Below, in pieces: positions 52,337 through 64,000 of a stretch of DNA of 64,000 nt. Under the pieces are notes generated by a model. That model had not been told where the DNA came from and ran no database searches. It saw only the letters and a list, made by a program, of their open reading frames with translations. Position numbers and translations under genes: made by a program. The stretch covers positions 49,602,001 through 49,666,000 of the forward strand of contig NW_024704743.1 of NCBI RefSeq assembly GCF_018977255.1, written 5' to 3'. Each line of letters starts with the position of its first letter. The first letter of the stretch is position 1. Origin of the DNA: Callorhinchus milii (taxonomy: Eukaryota).

Positions 52337-52519
52337 GTGAAAGTTGGTGATAAAGAAGTGGATGTAATGAATAGATTTAGACTATACATTACCACAAAGC
52401 TTCCAAACCCAGCATATACACCGGAGATCAGTGCTCGGACCTCCATCATTGACTTCACTGTCACTATGAAAGGGCTGGAGGACCAGTTACTGGGGAGAGT
52501 CATTCTGACTGAAAAGCAG
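52337..52519 (+). CDS. DNAH5: DNAH5 exon 30: VKVGDKEVD...[11 protein letters not shown]...GLEDQLL...TEKQ
   Basis: Acceptor caatag|, donor |gtagga; 183 nt. Confidence 0.96.
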
Positions 52520-53289
52520 GTAGGAGTATGGGAAATCTCTAGACTGCTGTGTAAACGGTTTTCAAAACAGCTACGTTGCTATTTAAATTATCTTCGGAAG
52601 TCTGTCTTATCCTATTATGGCGCATTCTGGTTTATGCCTATGCTTGACCATAGAACTTTCAATCCTCTTCTCTCTGATAAATTCTTCAGTTCCTTTGTAA
52701 TTGAGCTAATTACCATAGTAACACCTGGGAGTCTAATTTTTGAAGCTTGTTTCCTTTGCACTTCTGCACTTTCGCCATGTGATCAAAGATTAAATAACAT
52801 AACCTCTTCACATCTTGTATTATTGATGGTTTTATTCATGCGTGAGGAGCAGGAACAAAGGGAATGATTTGACCTGTGAGACTTTGAATTCTGACCTTAA
52901 TCGAGTGCTTCCCATGATCTAGCCTTAAAATCTGTATTGATTGCAATGTTGGGCCTTCACTACCAATTGATCTATCAACTTATGGCCTTCAGAGTGAGAT
53001 GTTCATTTGCTTGATTGCCCAGTGCTGCTTGGCACTGGGATGTTTGTACAAAGATTGAAAGGATTTAGCAGAAACGTCTCTATTGATCGGTAGTAATGGA
53101 TCCTTATGTATGATATGAGAAAATCTGGTACAGATTCCCAATTGAGCTTTTCCAATTTTTCCCATCACGTTCGTCTAGTGGGTGACTCACACCATGTGCT
53201 CAGATTGTCTATTCCTGCTGCACATATCAGCAAACAAATAGTGTGAACATCAATTGTTCACCAACTTCAGCTGGTTTGAACCATACACA

Positions 53290-53465
53290 GGAAGGCAGGT
53301 GGAACAGGCTCCCGAAGGAGACGGTTGAAGCAGGAAGTGTTGAATCTTTCAAACACAGATTAGATTGGTTTTTTTTAGAAAATAACATTATGGGATATAG
53401 TACATAGGTAGTTTGGGACATATGTGCAAGCGACCACCAGGAAGGTGGAAGGCGAATTAGATGGT

Positions 53466-53500
<35 letters not shown>

Positions 53501-53503
53501 TTA
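53290..53503 (+). mobile_element. CR1-type LINE 3' end
   Basis: tggaacaggctcccgaaggagacggttgaagcagg...tttcttatgttctta. Confidence 0.7.
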
Positions 53504-53534
53504 AGGCAGAAAGTTCAGATTAGAGACCAAGATT

Positions 53535-53710
53535 CTGGAGAATTTAGGAAAATTCATAAAATGTGTTTCAATTTGGAATGACAGTTTTCCTCATTTCATA
53601 TATAGAAAACTGACTTCCAAATTGAGAATGGCTTTAAGAATTTTCCAAAAATCTGCACAAACTTAAATTTAAGACAATGGTCTTTTGGCTGGGACCACAG
53701 CGATTTTGGT
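53535..53710. mobile_element. Palindromic (foldback) MITE-like element
   Basis: ggaaaattcataaa...tcaatttggaatgacagttttc, a short loop, then gaaaactgacttccaaattga...tttaagaattttcc. Confidence 0.65.
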
Positions 53711-54013
53711 CCTTAGATGTTTGTTTGCAGGGAGAGAGGGTAATTAGCAGGTAAGTCATCATGCATCCCTTCCATTCACCTGAATGGAGGTTGTGTTACC
53801 CGCAGTGTGTAGTCAAGCTTATAATAGGAGCCTGAGTTTGAAGATGCTATGCACTGCTGGGCTACACATCAACATCCAATGCGGTCTCTCACCACGTCAA
53901 TCATATGTTTCCCCAACTATTGCTTGTGAGTTATAAACAGTTCTACAAATATAGTAAGTTGTTTGAAGTAAACGCATTAATTGTATGCTGTTTGTGGGGT
54001 CAAAATACCACAG

Positions 54014-54257
54014 GAGCTGGAAAAGGAGCGAACCGATCTGATGGAAGGTGTAACCTCAAACAAGAGGAAGATGAAGGAGTTGGAAGACAATCTGCTGTAT
54101 CGTCTGACCAGCACAAAGGGCTCTCTTGTTGAAGATGAAAGCCTTATCACTGTTCTGAGCAACACAAAGAAGACGGCAGAGGAGGTCACACAAAAACTAC
54201 AGACAGCTGCTGAGACAGAGATACAGATTAATACTGCCCGTGAAGAGTACCGCCCAG
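54014..54257 (+). CDS. DNAH5: DNAH5 exon 31: ELEKERTDL...[10 protein letters not shown]...AREEYRP
   Basis: Acceptor ccacag|, donor |gtcaga; 244 nt. Confidence 0.95.
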
Positions 54258-54853
54258 GTCAGAGTTGTGAGCCATCAAGTCCAATCCTTCTCTCCTAAAG
54301 CCACTTGATTCAGAAGATAACTATGTAAAACTGGCTTCCAATTAGCAATGAATTGAATTTATCAAAATTACTTACAATCTTACAATTTAAGACAATAATC
54401 TTAAATTTGTATGTCTGGAGATCACAAAGAGTAAAATCTTCCTGGACAAAGGCGAACTTTGTGCTGAGCAGGCCAGAGGCCTCAATTCTAGTCCACTTGA
54501 TAACTAAAAATTTTTGGAAATGCGTATTTCACATCCTTCTTGGCAGATCAACCTTGGAAAATAAGTATAAAATAAACAAAATGACAAGCACTTTTGAGCC
54601 AAAAGGTACAATTACACTTAGTAGTGGTGATCCAGGCATGGAGAGCAACATTCCACTTTCCAGGAAGTTCCTGCACAACATCAGACTTAAAACATTTATC
54701 GATAAAACATTTTTCTACAATTTTATTTGTTAATCAGTGAGTAACAATATGATCAAGATAGTTTAGATTAAGTAAAATCAGTGAGCTTTTTTTAATTCTT
54801 GGGAAATATGCATGCAATTGTCTTCAGTTTTTTTGAATTTATGTTTACCACAG

Positions 54854-54968
54854 TTGCAACCAGAGGGAGTATCCTGTATTTCTTGATCACGGAAATGAGC
54901 ATGGTGAACGTTATGTATCAAACGTCTCTGCGTCAATTCCTGGGGCTCTTTGACTTGTCATTAGCCAG
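54854..54968 (+). CDS. DNAH5: DNAH5 exon 32: [15 protein letters not shown]...MYQTSLRQF...LSLA
   Basis: Acceptor ccacag|, donor |gtaaca; 115 nt; translated by hand. Confidence 0.95.
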
Positions 54969-56961
54969 GTAACAGCTTTTTGTAAATAGATCTCTATATT
55001 CAAGCTGCAGTAAACGTGACATTTTTGTTTCTTACTCTGAAAATTTGTGCCCCAATTCTTTTCTTAATATGTATTTAGGAAGTATGCTACTTACCATTTA
55101 TTTTCTTTATGCTGTAGTTACTCAAATCTAAAGAGTTGACTTTAGAGGATTTAGGGAAAATCAGGAACTTCACTACAGTTCTAAAACACCACCAGTTCTC
55201 AAATGCACCAAGAGTTTAGTGGTACTTTTTAATGAAGAAAACCCTGCCTTATATTCAAAATCACATAAAGCAGAATGTGTGGTTAAAGCATTGGCTTTAG
55301 TTGATGTCTGTTAAGTTTTACTGCAGTGAACCGTCATCTTTTCATCTTTAAAATGTAATCTGAAGTGTGTAACAGAGATTTAACGTCTTGTTCAGCTTTT
55401 GAATGAGGGTTTTGGATCTCATCAGCTTTTTCGGGTAAATGTGAAAGATCTCATGACCGTATTCACAGGAAACGGGAAAATGCAAGTTCTTTATTTTCGT
55501 TCCTTTTTGTCTTTTATTTGTTATTATCAATGATTATATTGAATTGATCAGTTTTAAATTGATATCCATTTACTGAACTGATATTGTCCTTGTGTATTGC
55601 CTCCCAATCGATTTCTCTTTACTCAGCTCCTATACCTTTGATGTTTGCCCATCTGAAGTTGTACTGTAGTTTTGTTGCCGTTTGTGCCATTTCCCAAGTC
55701 AAACTGAACGGTATTGAGCTGAGTTCACTATACCCCAGTGAAATGACTACTTTCACTCCCTGAATAGTGCCTTGGTCCTTTGCATCCACAGAATTGCTCT
55801 ACTTTTCCTTTTGCTTACCTTCCATTTTCCTGAATAGCCTCCATCCTTGTAAGTTATATTCACTTCCATCATTCTGGTTTACAACAACAGCTTCCATTTA
55901 TATAGCATCCTTAACACGGGGTAGTGAGCCGATTTAGAAATGTCTCTGTGATTCCTACCACATTGTACTTACCCATTGTCACCAGGGCCTCAGGTTTCAC
56001 CATTAATATATGTGCACCTAATTGTACTCTTTTCCTCTTTAACCTTCCAGTCTGGTTGGCTGGTCTTGTCATCTGGTGCCTTCTGGGATCCTTATATTCT
56101 TGATTTAGGTATTTCCCCTATTTTTTGGTCAATCTTATTTTCGACGTTTCTCATCTCTTCCTGATGATCAGGAGGCCTTTTTTTAAAAAAAATCAATCAC
56201 AGCATTCCCCCCTTCAAATCTACTTTAAACAAAATACAATTATTGCTTTTATGGTCGTGTGCTTTATACCAGCAGTTTAGCTCCCCATTTAGTTACAAAG
56301 TCACTCCCGTCTTTTAATCTGTACAGTGTGACATCTGAGATGTTTGGAGCCAATAATTAAATCTTTATACATTTTGAATGCCTGGTTATTGTACTACTGA
56401 TCTACCATTGGAGGGTTAATGTAAATTTTGGGGTAGGAATCTAAATATTATGAGAGACAAATGCATTGAGCTGCATGGTGTGTGGTGGTATGTATAAAAT
56501 TAACAAACCAGCAAAGTCTGGGCAGAATTTTATTGTATCGCTGTCAGGAAGAGTGGAGCCATAAAAACATTAATGTTACATCTCCAGATCTGCAAATGTA
56601 TTTCATAATTTCCTCAGTGATACCCATTTGTAGACCTGGGAGTAAATGTAAAATTCCTTTGGAGAAAACAGCTGTTGAAACATTTCCAGTTGCAGTCAGT
56701 ATAAGTTCAACTATATGTACCACTGTGTCCCTAAGGCAGGACCTGGTAAGAAATTGCCAACTGTTTTAAGACCTTTTAACTATTTATTATAGAGGGTGAA
56801 TGATCCTGCATAACTGTCAGTATAATGTGTGCCCATTCATTTCCTCTTGTATTACTGCCTGGTGCCAAGATGGCAGCAGCAGCTTGAAAAGCACAACAGG
56901 CTTACGATTCCCATATATTACTCCACTTGGTGCACATGTCTCTGCAATATAGTGTCCTAAT

Positions 56962-57366
56962 GATAATAATAATGCTTGCATTTTTATAAGGTGCCTTTCA
57001 CATCAAATGGGGCCTTTACAGACTTTTCTGTAAAGCATGCTGATTATTTGTAGGTGAACTCTGTAGACAATTTCCACATAGTGAAGTCCCATGAGCAGCC
57101 ATGAAGTGAGTGACCAAATTAATTGGCCATGGCACCAGAACACCTTCTTTTATTGAATAATGCCATGAGAATTTATGTCCACCTGAATACGCAGACAGGA
57201 GCTTGCTTTACATCTCATATGAGGCATGATACCTCTGACCTTGGAGCCCTCCCCCAAGCTGCAATGGAGTGTCAACCTAGACTGTGATTGCAATGTCCTA
57301 AGGGGCCCATGAACTCACAAGCTTCTGACTGAGGGGAGAGTGCTACTAGCTGAGCCAGGCTGACAC
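56962..57366 (-). mobile_element. DeuSINE, full length, antisense
   Basis: gcttctgactgaggggagagtgctactagctgagccaggctgacac is the reverse-complemented head. Confidence 0.82.
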
Positions 57367-57549
57367 CGAGTATAAAAGACTACTTTCAATTGTCAGCAAC
57401 TGAGATAATGCTAGCAGGAAATATAGAACCATATTTTCTCTGTAGGTGGAGAATTAATGCTACAAATTAACACTTCATACTTCTGCACAGATAGATTAAA
57501 AAGCCTTGTCTCTGCTCCTTGACCAGAATACATGCACTTGTCTCTGCAG

Positions 57550-57740
57550 GTCTGTCAAAAGTCCCATCACTAGTAAGAGGATAGCAAACATCATAGAGCA
57601 TATGACGTACGAAGTATACAAGTTCACAGCTCGGGGGCTTTATGAGGAGCACAAGTTTCTCTTCACCCTTCTCCTTACCCTGAAGATTGACATGCAAAGT
57701 AACAGACTGAAACACCAAGAGTTCCTCACTCTCATCAAAG
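57550..57740 (+). CDS. DNAH5: DNAH5 exon 33: [12 protein letters not shown]...[11 protein letters not shown]...TLIK
   Basis: Acceptor ctgcag|, donor |gtcaga; 191 nt. Confidence 0.96.
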
Positions 57741-58273
57741 GTCAGAACATTTATTTTCCTTGGATTTATGTAATCAAGAGAACATCTGTACAGGACAGAA
57801 TCCATCAAACAAAATAACTTTTATTGATTTGGAATATCGTAGCAATTTTAGTTCGCTTCTACTTAACTGTTTTTCTGCTGTTTTCTTTTGGTAATTTTTT
57901 TCACTTTTGTGATAGAATCACTTGTAATTCTTTTCACTGGTTAATTGTATCATTGAGGACACCTGTCATTTCTTTTTCACACATGCATTTACACATGTTT
58001 AACATACCACAATCTCCAAACTATATCCCATTCTCACACATTATATTAGCTCACAATTTCATCTCATTCCAAAAGTGCCATTGTATTGGTTTCTCTAAAT
58101 TAGGTTGTAACTTCTCTCTGAAATACAACTTTGCCCTCAAGTCTGTAAATTGTAAATCTTTAAAGCATAGTGCACATAATGAATAATTATATAATAATGC
58201 TATTGTACATACCAGACACTGTCCGGCGTGGAGGGCGCTATATAAATTCAAGTTGTTGTTGTTGTTACCACAG

Positions 58274-58395
58274 GAGGTGCTTCTTTGGATTTTAAGGCCT
58301 GTCCGCCTAAACCTGCAAAATGGATCTTGGACATGACCTGGCTAAACCTGGTGGAACTCAGCAAACTCAGACAATTCTCTGATGTCTTAGATCAA
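58274..58395 (+). CDS. DNAH5: DNAH5 exon 34: [26 protein letters not shown]...VLDQ
   Basis: Acceptor ccacag|, donor |gtaagt; 122 nt; translated by hand. Confidence 0.95.
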
Positions 58396-58582
58396 GTAAG
58401 TCAAATAATCTCTGCAAGTATTCAAAGCTGGTAACTTTCTGTAATGCAGTTAATATCAGGTAGAACATTGTTAATAGATTTTAGAAGTCTGAAATCTGTC
58501 ATGGTCTTAGCCTAAAGACCTTTGTCTTAAAATTGAAGACTACAAAGAATTTTGGAAAATTCTTAAATTCAGTGTTAATTTA

Positions 58583-58840
58583 GGACCTGGGTTCGATTCC
58601 CAGACAGGTTGAAACATTGGGCAAGTTTCCTTATTCCACACAACGTGATGAGGTGCTATATCAAAATGCAAGGATTATTATTAATATAGAATCCAGTTTT
58701 CCACAGTTTATTAAATAAAATTTTTCCCACAGATATACAGTCAATTCACTTTATAGTATATTTTGTGAAGCGCTTTGAGACGTCTAGAAGACATGAAAAG
58801 CACTATATCAAATGCAAGGCTTATTATATTATTATTATTT
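58583..58840 (+). mobile_element. Short tRNA SINE (second head type) followed by a second SINE tail
   Basis: B box ggttcgattcc, then gaaacattgggcaagtttccttattccac; two tails atcaaa(a)tgcaagg.ttatt. Confidence 0.8.
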
Positions 58841-59474
58841 ATTAAGAAGCTAGAATAGTTTATAAATAGCCCTAAAAGTATTTTTATATGGATAAATAAT
58901 ATATATAATTTGTATGTATATAATATATGTATATAATAAAAATAATGAAATGAAAACGATAGATATAAAAATAATAGTACATAGATACATGATCCATGTG
59001 TTCAAATTGTATTTGTGTTATTTATAAGCACACTGGAACAAATTTTCATAATATCAATGGCAGACAATAGCTCAGACTACTGTGATGAATTCACTATATA
59101 GAGTGAGAGAAAACTCCAAAAATGAACAGGTTTTTGATTTCACTTTAAATTATTTTCTGCTTACAATATACACTATTTCACCACCAATATGCTGAAAATG
59201 TATTAAACTGCAGACCATACAATCACAGTCCATTAAACAAGACAGCTTGCTTAACAAAGATTCCCTTCACATTTATGAGCAAAAGAACCTGATGTGCTTG
59301 TGTATTACAACAAAATCAGCGAGGCAGAAGAACTGAATATAAAATTAGTCACAGGTGACCATCAATGAATATAGAAGAGGCTGCTTGCAGAAATCAGCTT
59401 TCTCACTGATATTGGTCTTTTTTTGTTTATCACAAAGTTGCCTGCTGTATTTTCATATACCAGTATACTTTTGT

Positions 59475-60107
59475 GGCAGTTTTGAGTTCAAGTCCCATGT
59501 TGGAGTTTTGCACGGTCAGAAGCTCAGCCTTCCATTTGAGACATTAAACTGAACTCCCTGATTATGTTCAGATGGGCGAAAAAGGTCCCAAAAGACTGTT
59601 TGAAAATAGAAGGCAGCTTCTCTCAGTGTGTTCACTCTGACAATCCTCCAGATTAATTACTCATTCACTTCATGGCTGTTTCCACAAACTTGCTGTTACA
59701 AGTGGCTCCTGTGTTTGCCTTCAAAAACGATCAAAACACTTGACTTTAATTCCCTCTGAGCCGCTTGGAGAAAGTTACACAGAAAAATGTAAATTCTTAT
59801 GCTGAGATTTCCTCATGTGTTTCTTGTTGATAGATTGTAAGACATATTAGTTCATCTAACTGTTGTGGATTTCTTTTATGAATTAGTCTTACTGATGTCT
59901 GTAGTTTTAATGGGACTCAGAATACATTATGTGACTTTGACTCTTCCTATTTGCCTAATCCTACATTTTGCTGTGTGCAAATTGACTGCAGTCATGATGT
60001 CCAAAAAAACAGGGTTTTGTTGTATATTCATTTTACAATATGTTCTGTGAAGCACTTTGAGATGTCCTCCCGTTGTGCAAAATCCCTTTACCAAGTGCAA
60101 GGATAAT
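59475..60107 (+). mobile_element. Two adjacent DeuSINE remnants
   Basis: gagttcaagtccca...tgagacattaaactga; tail tgtgaagcactttgagatgtcctcc...caagtgcaaggata. Confidence 0.7.
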
Positions 60108-60136
60108 GTGTATTTATCTGTTGAATTCATGGCTAG

Positions 60137-60286
60137 ATTGGGAGGAATGAAAAGCTATGGAAGATCTGGTTTGATAAAGAGGCTCCTGAGGAGGAAGATG
60201 TTCCGAATGCCTATGACCAGTCGTTGGATTGCTTCCGACGTCTTCTCCTGATCAGATCCTGGTGTCCCGACAGAACCATTGCTCAG
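60137..60286 (+). CDS. DNAH5: DNAH5 exon 35: [13 protein letters not shown]...[11 protein letters not shown]
   Basis: Acceptor ggctag|, donor |gtactc; 150 nt; translated by hand. Confidence 0.95.
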
Positions 60287-60657
60287 GTACTCTCCAGAAC
60301 ATGTATTGGTTTCAGGCTCAAGAACTAGCACATTTTGAGACTAATGTTGCCCTGTATAATCCTTCCCTTTTAGGATTCTTCCCCCTCTCCTTCTGTTATC
60401 TATGCAAATCAAAACCCTTATTGGGCAGGGCAGTCCTGACTGGCAAGCAGCAGGAATTTTGCCAGTGTATGCAGTGGTAAACTGTAAGTTTATGTCTGGG
60501 TAAACATCACCTATGCCCGAATGCATAATCTGGGTTTCCCAAATTCTGTCTCTTGGTAATCTGTTCCTAAACTCGCTAGGATTAGATAGGCAAGATACTT
60601 CCCTTTGGGTAAAGGTTGGACACTTCATTATCAGACAAAGGGTAAAGCCATACATAC

Positions 60658-61205
60658 ATACAACAACAAAATTACATTTGGAAAGCGCCTTTCAGGTTGG
60701 GAAAACGTTCCAAGACGCTGAAGAGTCAGGGATTAGGACCTGAGCATGGGGGTCAGGATTGGGGTGAGGGAGGGCAGAGGGGGTAGGAGAGTGGCTGAAA
60801 GCACGGTCAAAAAGGAGGGTCTTGAGTCGTGCCTTGAATGAGGCAAGAGAGGGAGCAAGGCAAAGGGTTTGTGAGATGGAGTTCCAAAGAATCATAGAAT
60901 TATATAGCACAGAAGGAAGCCATTCAGCCCATCGTGTCTGTTCCGGCTCTTTGAAAAGAGCTATCCAATTCAATCCCACTTCCCTGATCTCTCCCCATAG
61001 CCCTGCAGACTTGTTCTCCCCAAATAATTATCTATCTAAAGAGTGGGGCAGAGAAGCTGAAAGCCCGGCTGCCTATGGTAGGGCGGGTCGGGCGGGAGAC
61101 CTGGAGCAGGTCGGAGCCTACTGAGCAGAGGGAGTGGGCAGGTTAGAGATGTATGAGGGGGCAAGGCCCTAGCGGGCCTTGAAAGTGAGGACGAGAACTT
61201 TGCAT
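60658..61205 (-). mobile_element. L2 3' end with a nested CR1 tail (about 60888-61038)
   Basis: L2 sequence gatggagttccaaa...agagtggggcagag is interrupted by agaatcatagaattatatagcacagaaggaagccattcagcccatc. Confidence 0.85.
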
Positions 61206-62515
61206 TCTAGGACATACGTGGGACACTCAGTAGTTTCCTATGGCGGTGATATTAATATAAGCATTGTGAAGCATTTGCCTACAGAATAAACAGTCACTAC
61301 ACTTTATAGTATATCCTGTGAAGTGCTTTGAGACATCCTCCTGCCCCAAAATTTGCTATGCCAAATGTAAGTATTTTTATTATTTTCTGCACGTGTCAGA
61401 CACCCGGCTGACCAGAAAAAAGGCAACATGTAATCCACAGATCAGACAAGTAACCACATGGCACTAATGCCTTGCTGGATTGCTGAGATTGGAACAGGAT
61501 TGATCACTTCGCATTTGTATTTGAGTTATTATAGTGTTATAACTGATATGTTTAAAATGTTTTCCCTTAAGAGTCGCACTGTTGATTCTGTCGTCTGCTG
61601 TGTGTGGAGTACTGCACCCTCATTCTCCATCAGCAAGTCACAGCTCAGCTGAATGTGATTTTGCAACAGCTGTTAAAATTCACTTCCAGACTCCGACTAG
61701 TCCCAGTGTCACTGTATAATCGTGCTTTCCTCTCTTCCCCCCCCCCACGTCACTTTTTAATACCAGTGCCCCCAGTGTCACAAATAAACTTGGTTATTTG
61801 CTCCATGGCTGTATTTGGAACATTGCTGAGCACAAGTAAGCGATCATGTTCGTCTACTGAAAAAAAAATACAGTCATACTTTGCAGTATATCCTTGAATC
61901 GCTTTGAGGCATCAGCGACGAGGGTTATTATTGTTATTATCTCTGGAAACTGTGCAACTATAACTAAAATAAAGTGCAATGTTTATAAGGAAAATGATGA
62001 CCTATTCAGTTAGGCTTGGGAATTCTTTTCTTCCTAACATGTAAGAGCCCCTCTCTCACTGGAACTCCAGCCCACTCTCCCATCCCTTTCTCTCCCTCCC
62101 CCACCCCCCCCTCCATGACTATCAAAGCCTGCCTCAAGGAATAGCTCTTAGATCATGCTTTCAGTCATCTTTCCCTTCCCTATTCCCTTTGGCTTCTACA
62201 CCCCAGCTCGGGTGCCCAGCCAGCGTGAAGTATCTGCAACAACCTCCTGACATGAAAGGCACTACATAAATGTAAATCAGATTGTATTGCATATGTGAAA
62301 ATTAGTAACTCATTAGCTGTGGTTATAAATCCCCTTCATGTAACCAGAGCAGAAATCAATGTACTGTGTGTACTGAGAGATGGAAATTATAATTTAAAAA
62401 GGTTAATTTAGACAATAAATGGAACTCTGCAATCTTATTTAAGATGAAATTGAAACTAATTTCCATGAGAAGGCTTTTAATAAAGCCATGTTTCCTCTTG
62501 TCGTTTGTTGTTTAG

Positions 62516-62761
62516 GCTCGCAAATATGTTATAGATGCAATGGGAGAAAAGTACGCAGAAGGAGTCATCCTGGATGTTGAAAAGACCTGGGAGGAATCTG
62601 ATCGACGCACTCCTCTAATTTGCTTTTTGTCAATGGGTTCTGATCCCACGGATTCCATTATAGCTTTGGGCAAAAGAGTCAAGATAGAAGCGCGTTGCGT
62701 CTCTATGGGGCAAGGACAAGAGGTTCACGCTCGCAAGCTTCTCCAGCAAACTATGACTAAA
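62516..62761 (+). CDS. DNAH5: DNAH5 exon 36: [13 protein letters not shown]...LSMGSDPT...SMGQGQE...TMTK, AAA6
   Basis: Acceptor gtttag|, donor |gtaagg; 246 nt. Confidence 0.96.
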
Positions 62762-62874
62762 GTAAGGAAATGGCTATGAATTAGCTGTCAGTTCATCATA
62801 AGGAATAACAGTCCTCCTCTAAAACAAATTAAAACCAAAACAGCATTGCTTGTATGCTTGCCTCTTATTGTATG

Positions 62875-63302
62875 GCAGCAGTAGATGCTCCTTTCTGAGT
62901 GAGAAGGTTGTGCGTTCAAATTCCATGTCCGAATTTAAACTCGCATCATCTAAAAAGACACTCTAATGCAGTCTCGGACCGGTGATGCAGAGACAAATGT
63001 GTCATCCTTCAGATGAGACGTTAAAGACCAAGATCCCATCTACCTGTTTATGTAAAGATCTTATGGCACTCTTCAAAAAGAGAAGAGAGATTTTCCTGCT
63101 ATCCTGACCGACATTGCCCCAAATAAAATTGATTATTCACTTCAAGGATATTTTGGGGATATTGCTGTGAGGAAATTGATTTCCAGATTCACATACACAG
63201 TCATTCCACATTCACAATAAATCCTGTGAGGCACGTTGGGATATCCTCCCAAAGTGAAAGGTGCTAAACCAAATGCAAGGATTATTTATTTTATTTATTA
63301 TT
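62875..63302 (+). mobile_element. DeuSINE, near full length
   Basis: tccttcagatgagacgttaaa...aaagatcttatggcact...caaatgcaaggattattt. Confidence 0.8.
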
Positions 63303-63534
63303 TGATCCTGGGGCACTCAATGTTTTATATCTGTAAAACCACAAGCAATCCCAGAAAGGTCAGTTGAATAGCAGCAAAATTGGTGGAGAAAGTATAGAAT
63401 CTCTTTAAAGGTTCTGAGAAAATACTGAAGGTGCCAGGAAGCTGTAATTTGTGTGTCTGAAGTGCGAATTACTCACAGGCTGCCCGACATCCATCACCGA
63501 CAAGTTATTTATTTTATTTATGGCATCATTGTAC

Positions 63535-63960
63535 TGTGTCAGTTTGGTTCAGTTGGTAACACTCGTTTCTGATTCACAGTGTTGTGAGTTCAACCCCTAC
63601 ATTGTAACTCCAGCTCCTAGTCCAGGTTGATACTTGCGGTGCCCGTGGATGTGCTGCAATGTTGGAGATGCTGTCCTTTGGTTGTAACATTAACCGGCAT
63701 CGTGCTTGGCTTTGTCGATGTTAAAGATCCCACGGCACTATTTGTCAAGAGAAAGGAGTTTCTCTTGGTCTCCTTGCCAACAATACCCCACTTCATAGTT
63801 GTTTGTGGACATTGGTATGGGCAAATTGGCTGCTGTGTTCCCTCCCTACTAAATATACAGTCGCTATACTTTAAAATGAGATGCTTTGAATCATCTTCCT
63901 GATGTGAAAGGTGCAATTTCAAATACGAGTATACAGTCAAGGTACTATATCAAATATGAA
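63535..63960 (+). mobile_element. DeuSINE, near full length
   Basis: gtcagtttggttcagttggtaacactc...gagttcaacccc...gttaaagatcccacggcactatttg...tgatgtgaaaggtgc. Confidence 0.82.
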
Positions 63961-64000
63961 TAATAAATAACTTGAGGTCCTGTCTGCCTGTTCTCTAGGT

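Noticed and set aside
63971..64000. Possible start of the next DNAH5 exon at ttctctag|GT (GGW expected)
   Set aside because: Only 2 nt are visible, and gaggtcctgtctgcctgttc..aggt matches the Deu SINE core, so it cannot be supported.

Overview
This is eukaryotic genomic DNA, not prokaryotic. The repeat landscape (Deu-domain tRNA SINEs with L2-type tails, L2, CR1 and Penelope fragments) points to a cartilaginous fish, probably a holocephalan; that assignment is an inference. The whole window lies inside one + strand gene, axonemal dynein heavy chain 5 (DNAH5). I traced 36 consecutive coding exons by hand, about 6.39 kb or 2,130 aa, from AAA1 through AAA4, the stalk and microtubule-binding domain and AAA5 into AAA6. 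All exon phases are mutually compatible and I saw no in-frame stop or frameshift. The gene continues beyond both window edges. Two introns have GC donors and one has an AAG acceptor. The introns are dense with SINE, LINE and MITE remnants. The most unusual intronic items are: (1) a ~2.1 kb decayed retroviral/LTR pol relic (RT, RNase H, integrase) in apparently permuted order, inserted into a CR1 tail; (2) a 120-bp duplicate of the exon 18 acceptor region that forms a phase-compatible candidate mini-exon lacking the AAA4 P-loop; (3) Penelope-type repeats carrying degenerate minimal hammerhead ribozyme cores; (4) an unclassified poly(A)-tailed retroposon family; (5) retroposon tails abutting 3' splice sites. 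Exons are numbered within this window only. Repeat boundaries are approximate, read by eye, and family names come from recalled consensus motifs, not from database searches.
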